Part shown: piece after piece, positions 50,423 through 64,000 of the stretch | How the letters are laid out: each line of letters starts with the position of its first letter | Position numbering within the stretch: the stretch's first letter is position 1 | DNA from: the human T2T-CHM13v2.0 reference genome, Homo sapiens | Assembly (NCBI RefSeq): GCF_009914755.1 | Contig: NC_060938.1 | Strand: one strand, 5' to 3' | DNA: 64,000 nucleotides | Notes under the pieces: model-generated | Seen by the model: only the letters and a program-made list of their open reading frames with translations | What the model was told of the DNA's origin: nothing | Database searches by the model: none | Program-made: the position numbers and the translations under genes

Positions 50423-51994
50423 CGGACTGCTGGGGTATGTGCAGGGGCCGCCCACAGTGCAGCCTTGCTGGAGAGTTGAGGGAGGGTCCTGGGGCTGGGC
50501 ATGGTGTTCCCGCAGGAGGGCTGACCCTCTGGAGGATGCTCGGTCCCAGGTGGAAAGGGGGCGGTGGGCCCCAGGTGGCTCAGGGAGGGGCCCAATTTCC
50601 CCAGGGGAACCTGGTCCAGGCGCCAGGCCCTGCAGGGGCAGGAGCTGCAGGAAGCATCTGCTTCTTCCCAACTCAGCCTGCTCAGTGCACGGAATGACCC
50701 GGAGCCCGGCACCGTCCTGGGTTTCCTTTCCTTATCCTGGCCAGGCCGTCCATCCTCAGACAGTGGACTGGAGCCCACCCCACCAGGGCACCCGGAGGCC
50801 CGTAGGGCCCCTTGAAGGGCAGAGGGTGGAGAGCTGTCCAGCAGGGTCCCTGAGGGCTGGCACCTTCTCTGGACAAAGCTCTCCTGCATCTCTGGGACGC
50901 CATCCTTGGGCTTGGGATAGAGCCGGTGATGCAGCAGCTGCCCGCCCTGCACCCCAGGTGCTGTCTCCCTCACCCCCCGCGGGGCTGCAGCAGCGTGTCC
51001 TGAGAGTTAAAGGGCTGGGCTTCAGCACCCAGTTCAGGCCAGGCCCCCTGGAGCCCACCCTCCAGTGGCGAGCCCTCCCATGGCACGGCAGGGTCCGGGC
51101 TCTGGGGATTTCATCCCCAACTCTGTGTTTGGTGAAGCTCCAGCTGCTCAATGCCACATAAACGAATCCAACCACTCCTCCTTCCTGGGTGAGATGGTCT
51201 CTCTCCTGCCACAGGCAACTCCGACGGCATTTTCCAGCCACCGCAGCCACCGCAGCCACTGCAGTAACAAGACCCTGTCCTTGACTGAGTTCCAGCCAGG
51301 CTCCTCGGAGCCTCGCCACTCGGCCTCAACCTTGGCTTGTAAAGACTTGAGCAGACACTAACAGTTTCTAACAGCTTCTGGCCGTACCCCTAGGCCGACC
51401 CCTGCCCCGTCAACACCTGCCTGAGAAAGCTCCGTGCACCAGAACTCACCGTTTGGACCAACCCCGACCTCCCTTTCTCAGGGTGTCTGCTGAGAGGGCC
51501 GCAACCACACGTCCTTCTGTCTGTTCCCGATGTCTGTGCATTTCCTGTGACCCAGGAGGGTCTTTCTCGGGACCTGAGAGCCGCTCCCTGAAGTGTCCCC
51601 ATTGGGAAGGATGGGGCCTGTGTCTCCAGGCTCTGGGAGGACAGAATCCTGACCTCAACAGTGGCCGGCACGGACACAGCGGGTCCCATCCCGGGGACGC
51701 TGACCAGCGCTGGGCAACTTTTCCCTTCCCCGAAGACTGAGCCCCGAGCACCCTCCCTGCTCCCCCTACCACCTCCCTTTACAAGGCTGTGGCCTCTGCA
51801 CAGATGAAGGTGAGTCCAGGTCATGTGGGACTCTTTCTTCTGTTGCAATAGTTATTTCTGTTGAAAATCCGTCCTTGCTACATGATCTAGTGCCCAGCTT
51901 TATCTTTGAAAATGTCTCTCTCCACCTTTGCCTCTCCTGCCTCGTCCTCGTTCCTGGCACCCACCATGTGTCTTATGGGCTGAATTTTACCATA

Positions 51995-52490
51995 GAATGA
52001 ATCACACACCAGGTTTCACCTGTGCCTGATGAGGGTGACAGTTTGATGAGATTTTAGGCTTAGAATTGATGCTGAAAGGACTAAGACTTGGGGGATGCTG
52101 AGACAGATGAATGTATTTTGCATGTGAGAAGAACATGAAATTTGGGGGGCCATAGCATGGACTGTTATGAGTTAAATTGTGGCCCCTACAAATTCATATA
52201 TTCAAGTCTTAATCCCTGGCCTCACAATGTGACTATTTGGAGATGGGGTCTTTATAGAGGTCATTAAGTTCATATGGGGTCACTAATCTAATGCGATGTG
52301 TGTTCTTATAAGAAGAGAAGCTTAGGACACGGGCACACAGAGGGATGGCCATGTGAGGACCAGGGAGGAGACGGTGTCTACAAGCCAAGGAGAAAGGGCT
52401 TGAGAGAAACCAGCCCTGCCTGCATCCTGATCTCAGATTCCTGGTCTCTAGGCCTGGGAGGATCCATGTCTGCCGTGGGAGCTGCCCCGC
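51995..52490 (+). mobile_element. MLT1A-type LTR (from ~52162) with adjoining internal fragment
   Basis: TTTGGGGGGCC..TGTTATGAGTTAAATTGTGGCCCC..CCATGTGAGGAC..CTACAAGCCAAGGAGA..AGAAACCAGCCCTGCC. Confidence 0.75.
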
Positions 52491-52916
52491 TGTGGTCCTG
52501 AGCTGACGCACACAGATCTGACACCCACCTCTCGCTTCACACCATGGTTGGTTCTGGAAGGCCCTCCCTGTGGCTCTGCCTGGCCAGCCTGAGCCAGCTC
52601 CCAGCCTCGACCCAGCTTTCCCTGGAGGCCCTGTCCCCCGCAGAGTGACCAGGGCAGGCAGCACCGTGCCCAGCAGGAGGAGAAACTGCATCCATGTAGA
52701 AAAGAGGAGAAGCCCCAGGGGTCCATGTAGCGACAGGGGCCAGGGAGGGCCGCTCGGGCAATGCGTGTGGCTGCAGGAGGCGGGGGGCGAGTGCAGGGAG
52801 CCCCCGAGGTGCAGCTGGACCAGCCTCCTCCTGACCGTGCTTCCCACCGGGGGCAGGAGGCGCGTGGACACAGGAAGGCGGCTCCCATCACGAAGTACAA
52901 GACTTAAAAAGGATAT

Positions 52917-52922
52917 TTTATT
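52917..52922 (-). terminator. IGHG4: Poly(A) signal AATAAA for membrane gamma4 mRNA
   Basis: TTTATT in an AT-rich patch ~1.4 kb past the M2 stop. Confidence 0.8.
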
Positions 52923-54301
52923 GTCATCACAAAAGAAACATCAAAGACAATTAATGAGCTTTAGAAAATTTAAAAGAAGAAGAAAAGCCAAAGCTGAAAT
53001 GGTGACACCTCCTTCGAGTGAGCCCAGGAGTCCTCCCTGACGGCCGAGGCAGGCGCTGGCCGCAGTCCCGCTCGAGCCTCCCTTCCTGTCTGTGGATTCT
53101 GCGTGACAGTCACGGAACGGCGTGATGGGGGCAGCAGAGCGTGGGGGCCTCTGTCCAGCACTCGTGGCCAGCAGCCCCGCTTTCGCAAGAACACGGGCAC
53201 CCTCTTTGTCGTCTTGCCTCTCCACCTGGTGCCCCCAGAGTGGCTGCTTGTTCCTGCTGCACGTGACCCGGGACTGGACGCCAGCCTCTGTGATGAGTTC
53301 TGGCTGTGTCCACGCTCCTGGCTCTCCCGGTGTCCCTCCACCTCTCTCCCCGATGCTCCTGGGCCTCCTCTGTCCTCAGGCCCCACCAAGGCTGAGTCTT
53401 GCCCGCCTGGGACCTGGTCACCAGCCTTCTGTGGGAGGCCTGTCTGGGCAGATGCCCAGCCCTTCCTTGGGCTATCCTCACCCTTGCACTGTGGGGCTCC
53501 TGCAGCGGCCACATGGCCCAGGCTCTTCTCTGAGTGATCTCGGTGGACTGGAGTGGGTGGGAGGTGGCAGTGTCCTGGGCCTGGCCCCTTCTCTCCCCAG
53601 TGCGGACTCTGGGGCTGGCTGTCCCTGCGGGTCGAGTTCCACCCGAGAATCCAGCAGTGTGGGCAGGCAGCCAAGGGGTGGTGCTGGCACCGAGACTGTT
53701 CCCAGGAGCCAGAGAGCAGCGTTCTTTGCTTGAAATCAGAACAACCTCATTCCTCATGTCAGGAGTTCACGGGAGTGCCCGGAATGGAGGCTGGCTGGCT
53801 GCGGGCTGGGAGGAAGGCCGTCTGAGTGAGCCTTCGCAGCTCTCGGAAGCCTCCCCAACAGGGCCTGATGGTGCTGTGGCTTCCCTACCTTGGCGACTGA
53901 TGCTCCCACTCACCATCTGGAAACCATGCCTGTGTTCAGGAGGCTGGCGTGGACGGGGTTGGCTCCAGGGCGAGGTCCTGCCTGAGTGGGGGCCTGGGAT
54001 GCCGGTTACCTCCTTTTGTGTGAGCACCTGGTGGTCCAGAGGGCAGGGACGTCCTGCTGAGGGGACACCTGGCCCCCAGCGCCCTGCATGCACCAAGCAG
54101 CGGAGGTCTGGGGTAGACCTGCTATGCACAGGGTCTGGAAGGGGGGCGTTTCAGGGCTCAGAGGGCGACTGCGAAGCCAGAGAGCCATGGGGTTGAGGGC
54201 GGTGAGGTCAGGGGGCAGGTGTGGCCTGGGTGGTGGCTGAGCATGGCCCACGGCTCGTGTGTGGGGTCTGGGCGGCCCTGGACACCCCGCAGAGGGTGGC
54301 C

Positions 54302-54385
54302 CTAGGCCCCCTGCCTTATCATGTTCCTGTAGTCGGGGACGATGGTCTGCTTCAGGTCCACCACTGAGGAGAAGATCCACTTCAC
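54302..54385 (-). CDS. IGHG4: IgG4 M2 exon ([27 protein letters not shown])
   Basis: Acceptor 54386-87, TAG 54302-04, ITT motif DYRNM. Confidence 0.97.
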   Translation of the reverse strand: MKWIFSSVVDLKQTIVPDYRNMIRQGA

Positions 54386-54569
54386 CTGTAGGCAAGGCAC
54401 AGCACAGGGGTGAGCGAGGCCACAGCCCTGCCCCCGAGCCCCACCCACCCCTCAGGCCACCCAGGCCACAGCCCTGCTCCCAAGGCCCATCTGCCTTTCA
54501 GGCCACCCAGGTACCGGGGCTCTACACTGCCTGCCCCCAGGCCTGGACATGGAGAGCAGAGCCATGGTA

Positions 54570-55450
54570 GTGACAGCATGTGGATAACACAGAAGACAAC
54601 GTCAGGGACAGGTGGGGACAGCGTGGGGGACAGGGAGAGGTGGGGAGATTGGGGGACAGGTGGGGACAGCATGGGGGACAGTGTCAGGGACAGGTAGGGA
54701 CAGCGTGGGTGACAGGGAGAGGTGGGGAGAGTGGGGGACAGGTGCGGACAGCATGGGGGTCAGTGTCAGGGACAGGTAGGGACAGCGTGGGGGACAGGGA
54801 AAGCTGGGGAAAGTGGGGGACAGCATGGGGGACAGTGTCAGGGACAGGTAGGGACAGCGTGGGGGACGGGGACAGGTGCGGACAGCATGGGGGACAGTGT
54901 CAGAGACAGGTAGGGACAGTGTGGGGGGTGAGTGGGGGACAGGTGGGGACAGCATGGGGGAGTGTCAGGGACAGGTGGGGACAGTGTTGGGGAAGGTGGG
55001 GACTGTGGGGTACAGTGTTGGGGAAGGTGGGGACAGCATGGGGGACAGTATCAGGAATGGGGGACCGCATGTGGGACAGCGTCAGGGACAGGCGGAGACT
55101 GGGGGACAGTGTGGGGGAAAGGTGGGACAGCATGGCGGACAGTGTTGGGGACAGGCTGGGGGAGAGCATTGGGGACAGGTACAGCGTGGGGGACAGAATC
55201 AGGGAGAGGTGGGGAGACCGTGGGGCACAGCATCAAGGACAGGTGGGGACAGTGTGGGGGACAGTGTCAGGATGGGGGATAGCATGGGGGACAGTGTCGG
55301 ACATGTGGAGACAGCCTGGGGGACACTGTTGGACAGGTGTGTACAGCATGGGGGACAGTGTCAGGGACAGTTTGTGGAGAGAGTGGGGGACAGTGTCAGG
55401 GACAGTGTGTGACAGCATGGGGGACAATGTCAAGGACAGCTGGGGACAAC
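54570..55450. repeat. G-rich GGGGACAG minisatellite in the M1-M2 intron
   Basis: Dozens of GGGGACAG(T/C/G) units. Confidence 0.93.
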
Positions 55451-55461
55451 GTGCGGCCGAC

Positions 55462-55592
55462 CTTGAAGAAGGTGACGGTGGCACTGTAGCACACGCTTAG
55501 CAGGAAGAGTGTGATGAAGATGGTGATGGTCGTCCACAGCCCGTCCAGCTCCCCGTCCTGCGCCTCCGCACAGCTCTCCTCCAGTTGCAGCT
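55462..55592 (-). CDS. IGHG4: IgG4 M1 exon ([44 protein letters not shown])
   Basis: Canonical AG/GT and a transmembrane helix. Confidence 0.97.
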
Positions 55593-56766
55593 CTGGACAG
55601 GAAGGGGGTGGTCAGTGCTGTGTCCCCCTGGGCTTGGGCCTCTGGGGGTGATTCCCTCTGTGGCGGGGCCCAGGATGTAGGGCCCGGCCGGGATGGGCCA
55701 ACAATGTCCTGAGGTCAGCTCCCGGAAGCTGTCCACCCTGGGCACCAGCTTTGGCCCTGGGGCTCAGCCAGACACCCGGCCCTAGATAGCGACCTGGCCC
55801 TCAGCAGGACCCACTCCCCGTCTCCCGTGTCCCTCCCTGAGCCCCAGAGGGCAGGAGGATGGTGAAACCCACCCCTCATGTGACCCCAGCTGCAGGGAAG
55901 GGCTGTATTGGGACGTGGGCCAGTGCCAGGGACGCGACGTGGCGTGTGTTCCCCTGTGTGTGTGTGGCGGCTGCAGGGGCACCTTGTGAGAGGAGGGCTG
56001 GGTTTGTCTGAGCAGGTCAGCATGTGGAGAAGCTGCCGAGCGGCTCGTGGGCCTTGAGGTGCCGCGTGGGGCTCGTGGGGGCCTGTGTCCGAGGAGTGTT
56101 CACGTGTGCGAGGACCTTGCTCTGGTCTGGGTGCTGTGCGGTTCGCCCGGGTGAGGCTCCGTGTGTGAGGCGTGCACGTGTGTGTGTGGTGGCCGTGTGG
56201 CCGGCCAACCTCAGTGCGGGGTTTGTTGAACGGGTCTGGGCTGAGTGTGTGTGTGGGCATCTGCACCAGTCCCTCCACAGGGCCCGAGAGTGCATGTCCC
56301 CGGAGTCGGTTGTGTCCCCATGCGGGTGCGAGGCTGGGCAGGGCAGCCAGGGGTTAGTGCCGTGGGGGTAGATGGGTGAGGGAGGGCCTGTCCCTACGCA
56401 CATGGACTAGGCATGCCCCCGAGTGGGCATGGGGGGTCGGAGGACAGGGCGCTCACAGGACAGGACAGTCTCCTACAGAGGCAGGGGCTGTGTGTCTGTC
56501 CCCAGGGGCTCCTAGGGCTTCCCGTGGCCCAGCCCAGGGCAGCTGCTGCTGGAGGGAGGGCCACGCTGGCAAATCCCCCACCCTGCCGAGGGCAGCCCCT
56601 GGCTGAGCCCCACCCTAGGTGGCCCAGGCACACCTGCACAGCCTGGGCCAGTGTGGGGACAGTGGGACCCGCTCTGCCTCCCTCATGTCACTCAGGCCTC
56701 AGACTCGGCCTGACCCGTGGAAAGAACCATCACAGTCTCACAGGGGCCCAGGGCAGTGGTGGGTGC

Positions 56767-56772
56767 TTTATT
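56767..56772 (-). terminator. IGHG4: Poly(A) signal AATAAA for secreted gamma4 mRNA
   Basis: TTTATT ~100 nt after the CH3 stop. Confidence 0.92.
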
Positions 56773-56872
56773 TCCATGCTGGGTGCCTGGGAAGTATGTA
56801 GACGGGGTACGTGCCAAGCATCCTCGCGCGACCCCGAGAGCCCGGGGAGCGGGGGCTTGCCGGCCCTGGCAC

Positions 56873-57683
<811 letters not shown>

Positions 57684-57740
57684 CTACTCTAGGGCACCTG
57701 TCCCGCCTTGAGCTGGAGGGCGAGGCCTGGGTTGGCTTAC

Positions 57741-57776
57741 CTGGGCATGATGGGCATGGGGGACCATATTTGGACT
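57741..57776 (-). CDS. IGHG4: IgG4 hinge exon (ESKYGPPCPSCP)
   Basis: 36-nt exon with canonical AG/GT; diagnostic gamma4 hinge with S228. Confidence 0.99.
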
Positions 57777-57869
57777 CTGCAGAGAGAAGATTGGGAGTTA
57801 CTCAGATCTGGGAGGAGAGAAGGTGTCTGAGCTGAGGGAGTGGAGAGTTTGGCCTTTGGGGTGGGCTTA

Positions 57870-58553
<684 letters not shown>

Positions 58554-59304
58554 TCAGCGTCCAGTGTCTGGGCTCATGGGCATTGGGTGTGCGCCTGGCT
58601 GGCGCCACCTGCGTCACCTTAGCCCCCTCCCTGCCCCCAGCCAAAGTCAGGCCTGGCCTGCCCCAGAAAGCTTGCAGGACCGGTGGCCCTGTGGTGCCCT
58701 TCTGCAGGCACCCCTGCAGCCTAGGAGGCGGGGCTCGGCAGCCAGGTCAGCGCTCTGTGCCTGCCGGGAGTCAGCACAATCCAGGGCCTCTAGCTTGGCC
58801 TCAGCTCTGGCCATCGGTGCCACCTCAGGGACGGCTCATGCCCATTGGCCCCACTCCAGCCTTTTATGGGTGCCTGGCTTGACCAGTGGACACTGTTCTC
58901 AGATGGCTTCTGGTGGGTCCCCCGAACCTCCTGAAGCCCCTGACCCTGCCGCCCCAGCGTGGCCCTCCCCTAGTGAGTGGGCCTGACTTGCCCAGGGCCC
59001 TGGTCATAGCCTGCCCTCTGCCCTCCAAGGCCCTTTTCTTCTGTGCAGCAGAGGGGCCAGACACTGCATAGGGTCGGCGCCCTTCAGCCCCAGGGCCCCG
59101 GAACCCCCTGCCTTGGAATATCGCCCCGGGAGCCTCCTCCTCAGCCTCTCCCCTCCTTTCCCCTTAGCCCCAGTGTGCAGCAGCCCAGGTCAGGGCCCTG
59201 AGTGCCTGGATGCCCCCTGCCTCCCAGTGTCCTGCATTACTTCTGGAGGCTCAGTCACCACAACCTCACCCTCCCAGCCCTGGCCTGGCCTTCTCGGCCA
59301 CCAG

Positions 59305-59968
59305 CCCACCTCCTCCCTCTCTCCAGAGCTTCCCCCGGCAAGGTCCCTGCTGGGCTCAACCCAGGCCCCCCAGCACAGGTAGGAGCCTTGCACCTGCCCT
59401 TGGCCCTCCCCACCCTGCATGGTGCCAGGACCCCCAGGCCACAGGGAGGCCCCATTTCTCTCTGCCGCTGGCCCAGTGGCCCTGGAGTCCCACTGCAGGT
59501 GGGGTGTGCCCCTGACCTCTGAGGAAGCTAAGTGCCCTGCCCTCAGCCAGGCCATCCCCTCTGCTCAGCCCCAGGGCCCCGCTCACCACCCCTTCCCCTC
59601 ACCTGCACCACAGGCTCTGGCTGACTCTGCCCAGGCCCTGAATGGGCCCCTCTGGCAGCCCTCTGCTGCTACACTGCCCTGCACCACCTCCACTCAGCTT
59701 CATTGTGCTGGTGGTCCTGGCTCCTGGCAGCCCATCTTGCTCCTTCTGGGGCGCCAGCCTCAGAGGCCTTCCTGCCCAGGGTCCGCTGGGGCCAGCCCTG
59801 GGACCCTCCTGGTCTCAAGCACACGTTCCTCCTGCAGCCACACCTGCCCCTGCCTGAGAGCCCAGCTCTGAGCCCTGGAATGCCTTCCCTTCTCCATCCC
59901 AGCTCGCCCTTGCCAACTGCTCAGTGGGATGGGCTCACACTCCCTTCCCGGCACCAGGAGGCTGCACT
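59305..59968 (+). repeat. Inverted-repeat arm downstream of S-gamma4
   Basis: Reverse complement of ~62588-63290; ORFs 59642+ and 62949- both start MGPSGSPLLLHCPAPPPLSF. Confidence 0.9.
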
Positions 59969-60044
59969 GCACTTTCACCAGCCCTCAGCTGTCTGCTGCC
60001 AGCAACTACCCAGCTCCTGCCAAAATCTAGGAGCTGAGTGATGC

Positions 60045-60975
60045 CTCCCACCGTCCCTGCTCACCTGTGGCTGCCTTGCCCTGAGCTCTAGTGCCTGTCC
60101 CCTGCTCGTCCTGCCTCCCACCGGCCCTGCTCACCTGCGGCTGCTCTGCCCTGGTCCCCTGAGCTCCAGGAGCTGCCCCTTGCTCCTCCTGCCCCCCACC
60201 GGCCCTGTTCACCTGCGGCTGCTCTGCCCCGGTCGCCTGAGCTCCAGGAGGTGCCCCCTGCTCCTCCTGCCCCCCACCTGCCCCTGCTCACCTGCGGCGG
60301 CTCTGCCCTGGTCCCCTGAGCTCCAGGAGCTGTCCCCTGCTCTGCAACCTCCCACTGGCCCTGCTCACCTTCTGATGCTCTCCCCTGTTTCCTGAGTTCC
60401 AGGAGCCGCCCCCTGCTCATCCTGCCTCCCACCTGCCCCTCCTCCCCTGTGGCTGCTCTGCCCTGGTCCTCTGAGCTCCAAGAGCTGCCCCCTGCTCGTC
60501 CTGCCCCCCGACCTGCCCCTGCTCACCTGCGGCGTCTCTGCCCTGGTCCCCTGAGCTCCAAGAGCTGCCCCCTGCTCCTCCTGCCCCCCCTGCCCTCTCC
60601 TGTTTGCCTGTGGCTGCTCTGCCCTGGTCCCCTGAGTTCCAGGAGCTGCCCCCTACTCCTTCTGCCCCCCACCTGCCCCTGCTCACCTGTGGCTGCTCTG
60701 CCCTGGTCCCCTGAGCTCCAAGAGCTGCCCCCTGCTCCTCCTGCCCCCCCACCTGCCCCTGCTCACCTGCGGCGGCTCTGCCCTGGTCCCCTGAGCTCCA
60801 AGAGCTGCCCCCTGCTCCTCCTGCCCCCCCCTCCCCTCTCCTGTTTGCCTGTGGCTGCTCTGCCCTGGTCCCCTGAGTTCCAGGAGCTGCCCCCTGCTCC
60901 TTCTACCCCCACCTGCCCTGCTCACCTGTGGCTGCTCGGTCCTGGTACCCTGAACTCCAATGCCTGCCCCCTGCT
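60045..60975 (-). repeat. Switch region S-gamma4, ~79-bp units
   Basis: CTGCTCACCTG landmarks at ~78-79 nt spacing with paired AGCT motifs; G-rich on the minus strand. Confidence 0.95.
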
Positions 60976-61556
60976 CACTCTGTCCTCCCTCAACCCGGGC
61001 CAGCAATGTCACTCAGGCCACTGTTGCCCCCCTGCCTGTCCTGGCACCCTCTGTCCAGGTTTGGGCTGTTTTTCTGGCCTCATTTTTGTTTTTGCAGCAC
61101 TTGGCTTGTTCCCTATGCTGTGGAGCAGCCCCAGTGTCCAGTCAGGTCTCCCCAACAGAGCCCCTTGCCTATGTGCCCCTCCTGGATGAGCTCCCGGATC
61201 CTCCCGTCCCTGCACTGCTCCTGCTCTGGAAGCCTCTCCGGAACCTCAGCTCCTCAGTGGCCTCTGCTCTGCTGGGCCTCAGCCCCTCCCCTCGCCCCAG
61301 GCCTGCTGCACTCTGGGCCTTTCTGGGCCTCCCTGGACTCTTCCCTCCTCCCGCCCGTGCACTCAGCACAGCTCTCCCCTCCTCTCCGCTGCTGACCACA
61401 GCCCTGCTCCCCGCCAGCAGGTGCCCCAGCCCCATCAGCTGGCTCTGAGCCCAGCCCCTGTGCCTCCCCTGTCCCTGCCTCTGCCTCTGGGCTCCTTGGC
61501 TTCCACCCTCCTGTCCTGCTGCCACACTCACCCTCCCTGCTCTGCTCCCGGCTCAC

Positions 61557-62070
61557 CTGCTGTCCTTGGTCCTGGCTGAGAGGAGGGCCCCACGGCCAGC
61601 TCTGCTGACCCTGCCCTGGGCTCTGGTGATGCTGCCGGCCTGGACAAGCCCCTCCGTTCACCTGGGGCCTCTCCTCCTCCCTCGCTCTGCTGCCTCCTGA
61701 GCTCAGGTCGGTCGTGCCCATGCTGGCATCACCCCACGGCCGGTTCTGCCGCATCCCGTCATGTTCCTCGTGCTCCCAGCCCGGTCGTCCTGGAGGCCTC
61801 AGTCAGCCTCTGGTGTGTCCTGCCCTGTTGGCTTGGAAGCCCCTGCCCACGGTCCCCGTCGTCTCGCACTGGGTGGGCATCGGTGCCTGAAGGCTGCCCA
61901 CCTCCCCCGTGCTGGCTCCGCTTGGGCTTCCATGTGGGGCTGGCCTCGCGCCCGCGTCTCCCCAGCCTCTTGCAGCCTGTTCAGCAGCTCAGGTCTAGGA
62001 GCGCCGACGGCTGCGCCCAGGCTGTCCTTCTCCTCCCGAGCCTGTGCCCCTGCCCTGTGCTGACCCCACT
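61557..62070 (-). ncRNA. I-gamma4 germline-transcript exon (5' end approximate)
   Basis: Donor CAGCAG|GTGAGC at 61557/61556; contains recognisable I-gamma sequences GGGCTTCCAAGCCAACAGGGCAGGACA and TTGTCCAGGCCGGCAGCATCACCAGA. Confidence 0.72.
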
Positions 62071-62074
62071 CACC

Positions 62075-62290
62075 GAGGTGGGGGTCTCAACCCTTCCTGT
62101 TCTGGCGAGGTACATGTGGGCGGCCCCGCCCCCGCCGTCAGCCGCTATTTGTCTTCCTAGGAAATCACAGCTCAGGTCCCAGGTCCCCAGGGGTGTGAAC
62201 TCCACGCTGCAAAGACTAAGAACAGGATTGAAACCAGCGGCACCCCTTACTTCCTGAAGTTCCCTTTTCTTCTGGTGGTTTCTGTGTCAG
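62075..62290 (-). promoter_or_regulatory. I-gamma4 promoter
   Basis: GC boxes ~62118-62135, palindromic STAT6 TTCCTAGGAA 62154-62163, kB/ETS element GAAGTTCCCTTTTCT 62256-62270. Confidence 0.85.
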
Positions 62291-62587
62291 AGGGCGAGGG
62301 GGAGTCCACACAGAGCCGAGGCTGCCTCATGGGTGTGTGGGGATGGTGGTGGTGGCTGCCCCCATACTCCCCCATACTCACGGGAGAAGGTGGGGAGCCC
62401 GGACCTTGTGTGCTGCTCTTTTCTCTGTCTCTGAGTCCCTGGGGCTGGACTGAGACCGGCAGCGATTATGACCATTCTGCCCGTGGTCTCAGCCTCTCAA
62501 TACCTGGGCCTCTCACCTGAAGCTTCTGGCCCCCCACTGGGCCCTGGTGGCTGCTTTGGCCTGGGCATTTCTCCAGCTGACTCTCAC

Positions 62588-63290
62588 TCATGGTGGAGGG
62601 AGGGGAGTGTGAGTTCATCCCACTGAGCAGCTGGCAAAGGCGAGCTGGGATGGAGAAGGGAAGGCGTTCCAAGGCTCAGGTCTGAGCTCACAGGCAGGGG
62701 CAGGTCTGGCTGCAGGGAGAACGTGTGTGCTTGAGACCAGGAGGGTCCCAGGGCTGGCCGAGTGGACCCTGCACAGGAAGACCTCTGAGGCTGGTGCTCC
62801 AGAAGGAACAAGATGGGCTGCGAGGAGCCAGGGCCACCAGCTGTGCTCCTGGGGGCCGAGGGGACGTGGGACAGGTGGATGAACACACTGAAGCTGAGTG
62901 GAGGTGGTGCAGGGCAGTGTAGCAGCAGAGGGGAGCCAGAGGGGCCCATTCAGGGCCTGGGCAGAGTTGGCCAGAGCCTGTGGTGCAGGTGAGGGGAAGG
63001 GGTAGGGGGCAGGGCCCTGGGGCTGAGCAGAGGGGATGGCCTCTGCTTAGCTTAGGGCACTTAGCTTCCTCAGAGGCGAGGGGCACACCCGAGTTGCAGT
63101 GGCACTCCAGGGCCACTGGACTACAAGCAGAGAGAGAAATGGGGCCTCCCTGGGGCCTGGGGATGCTGGCATCATGCAGGGTGGGGAGGTCCAAGGGCAG
63201 GTGCAAGGCTCCTACCTGTGCTGGGGGAGCCTGGACTGAGCTCATCAGGGACCTTGCCAGGTGGAAACTCTGGAGAGAGAGAGGAGCTGG
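62588..63290 (-). repeat. Inverted-repeat arm upstream of I-gamma4
   Basis: Reverse complement of 59305-59968. Confidence 0.9.
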
Positions 63291-63378
63291 GCAAGGACGG
63301 ATGTGGAGGTGGGAGGTAGCGGGGGACGAGATGCAGCCAGAGGGACTGGGCAGACCAAAAGCCCGAGGAGGTTTCGCA

Positions 63379-63630
63379 CAGGAAGCATCCAGAGTGGAAC
63401 AGGAAGCATGCAGAGTGGAACAGGAAATGTCCAGCATGGAACAGGAAGCATCCAGAATGGAACAGGGAGCATCCAGAGTGGAACAGGAAATGTCCAGCAT
63501 GGAACAGGAAGCATCCAGCATGGAACAGGAAGCGTCAAGCGTGGAACAGGAAGCGTCCAGCGTGGAACAGGAAGCGTCCAGCGTGGAACAGGAAGTGTCC
63601 AGCGTGGAACAGGAAGCATCCAGAATGGAC
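63379..63630. repeat. 21-bp tandem repeat (CAGGAAGCATCCAGCGTGGAA), ~12 copies
   Basis: Direct inspection. Confidence 0.93.
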
Positions 63631-64000
63631 ACTTTGAAGGGAAATCATGTCCCTCCCACTAAATGTGCTCTCCACAAGGACCCGGCCCACCCTTGTGTCC
63701 CTGCTGGATCCCTGAGCTGACACCAGCCCTGCCCTCAGAGAGAATGTCCAGGAGACAGGTGGAGGTGCACGTGTGGGTCCCTGGGGAAATCCATCCTCCA
63801 GCCGCAGGCTCCCAGTCGGCTCCCAGCTTCTGGCTCCGGCTTCACCCCATGGAGCTCATAATGGGCTCAACCTCCCAGGCTGGGGGAGGATGCAGTGAGG
63901 GGCCCCGCACTGCCCATGGCACACCCAGGGGGCTGGGGAGTCTGCACTGGGCTGGGGCAGGGAGGCCTCGTGCAGCCTGTGGGGCTGGCAGCTCAGGACA

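Noticed and set aside
49485-51161. 558-aa ORF
   Set aside because: First half is a pentamer repeat and second half is GC-rich sequence with no recognisable domain.
51265-51500. Possible MER21/MER39-like LTR fragment
   Set aside because: Resemblance too weak to assign by eye.

Overview
This is human (great-ape-type) genomic DNA from the 3' end of the immunoglobulin heavy-chain constant locus (IGH, 14q32.33), with all genes on the minus strand. In transcription order (right to left) it holds I-gamma4/S-gamma4/IGHG4 (CH1-H-CH2-CH3-M1-M2), a retroelement-rich spacer, I-epsilon/S-epsilon/IGHE (CH1-4, M1/M1', M2 and alternative acceptors) and I-alpha2/S-alpha2/IGHA2 (CH1, H-CH2, CH3, M). These are followed by the 3' regulatory region 2: a ~2.5 kb 20-bp tandem array, hs3, and a four-repeat hs1.2 enhancer at the centre of a ~9 kb nested quasi-palindrome. 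hs4 is not in the window. I find no new gene system, and the long ORFs outside Ig exons are repeat artefacts. The most notable points are: an IGHG4 with Lys409 (the variant that should not Fab-arm exchange); an IgA2m(1) allotype; a four-copy nested palindrome around hs1.2 with reciprocal microsatellite expansions; a ~0.65-0.7 kb inverted repeat bracketing I-gamma4/S-gamma4; a 33-bp VNTR born inside an MLT1 LTR; and a triple-nested LTR insertion. Repeat-family and allele names come from remembered consensus sequences and need database confirmation.
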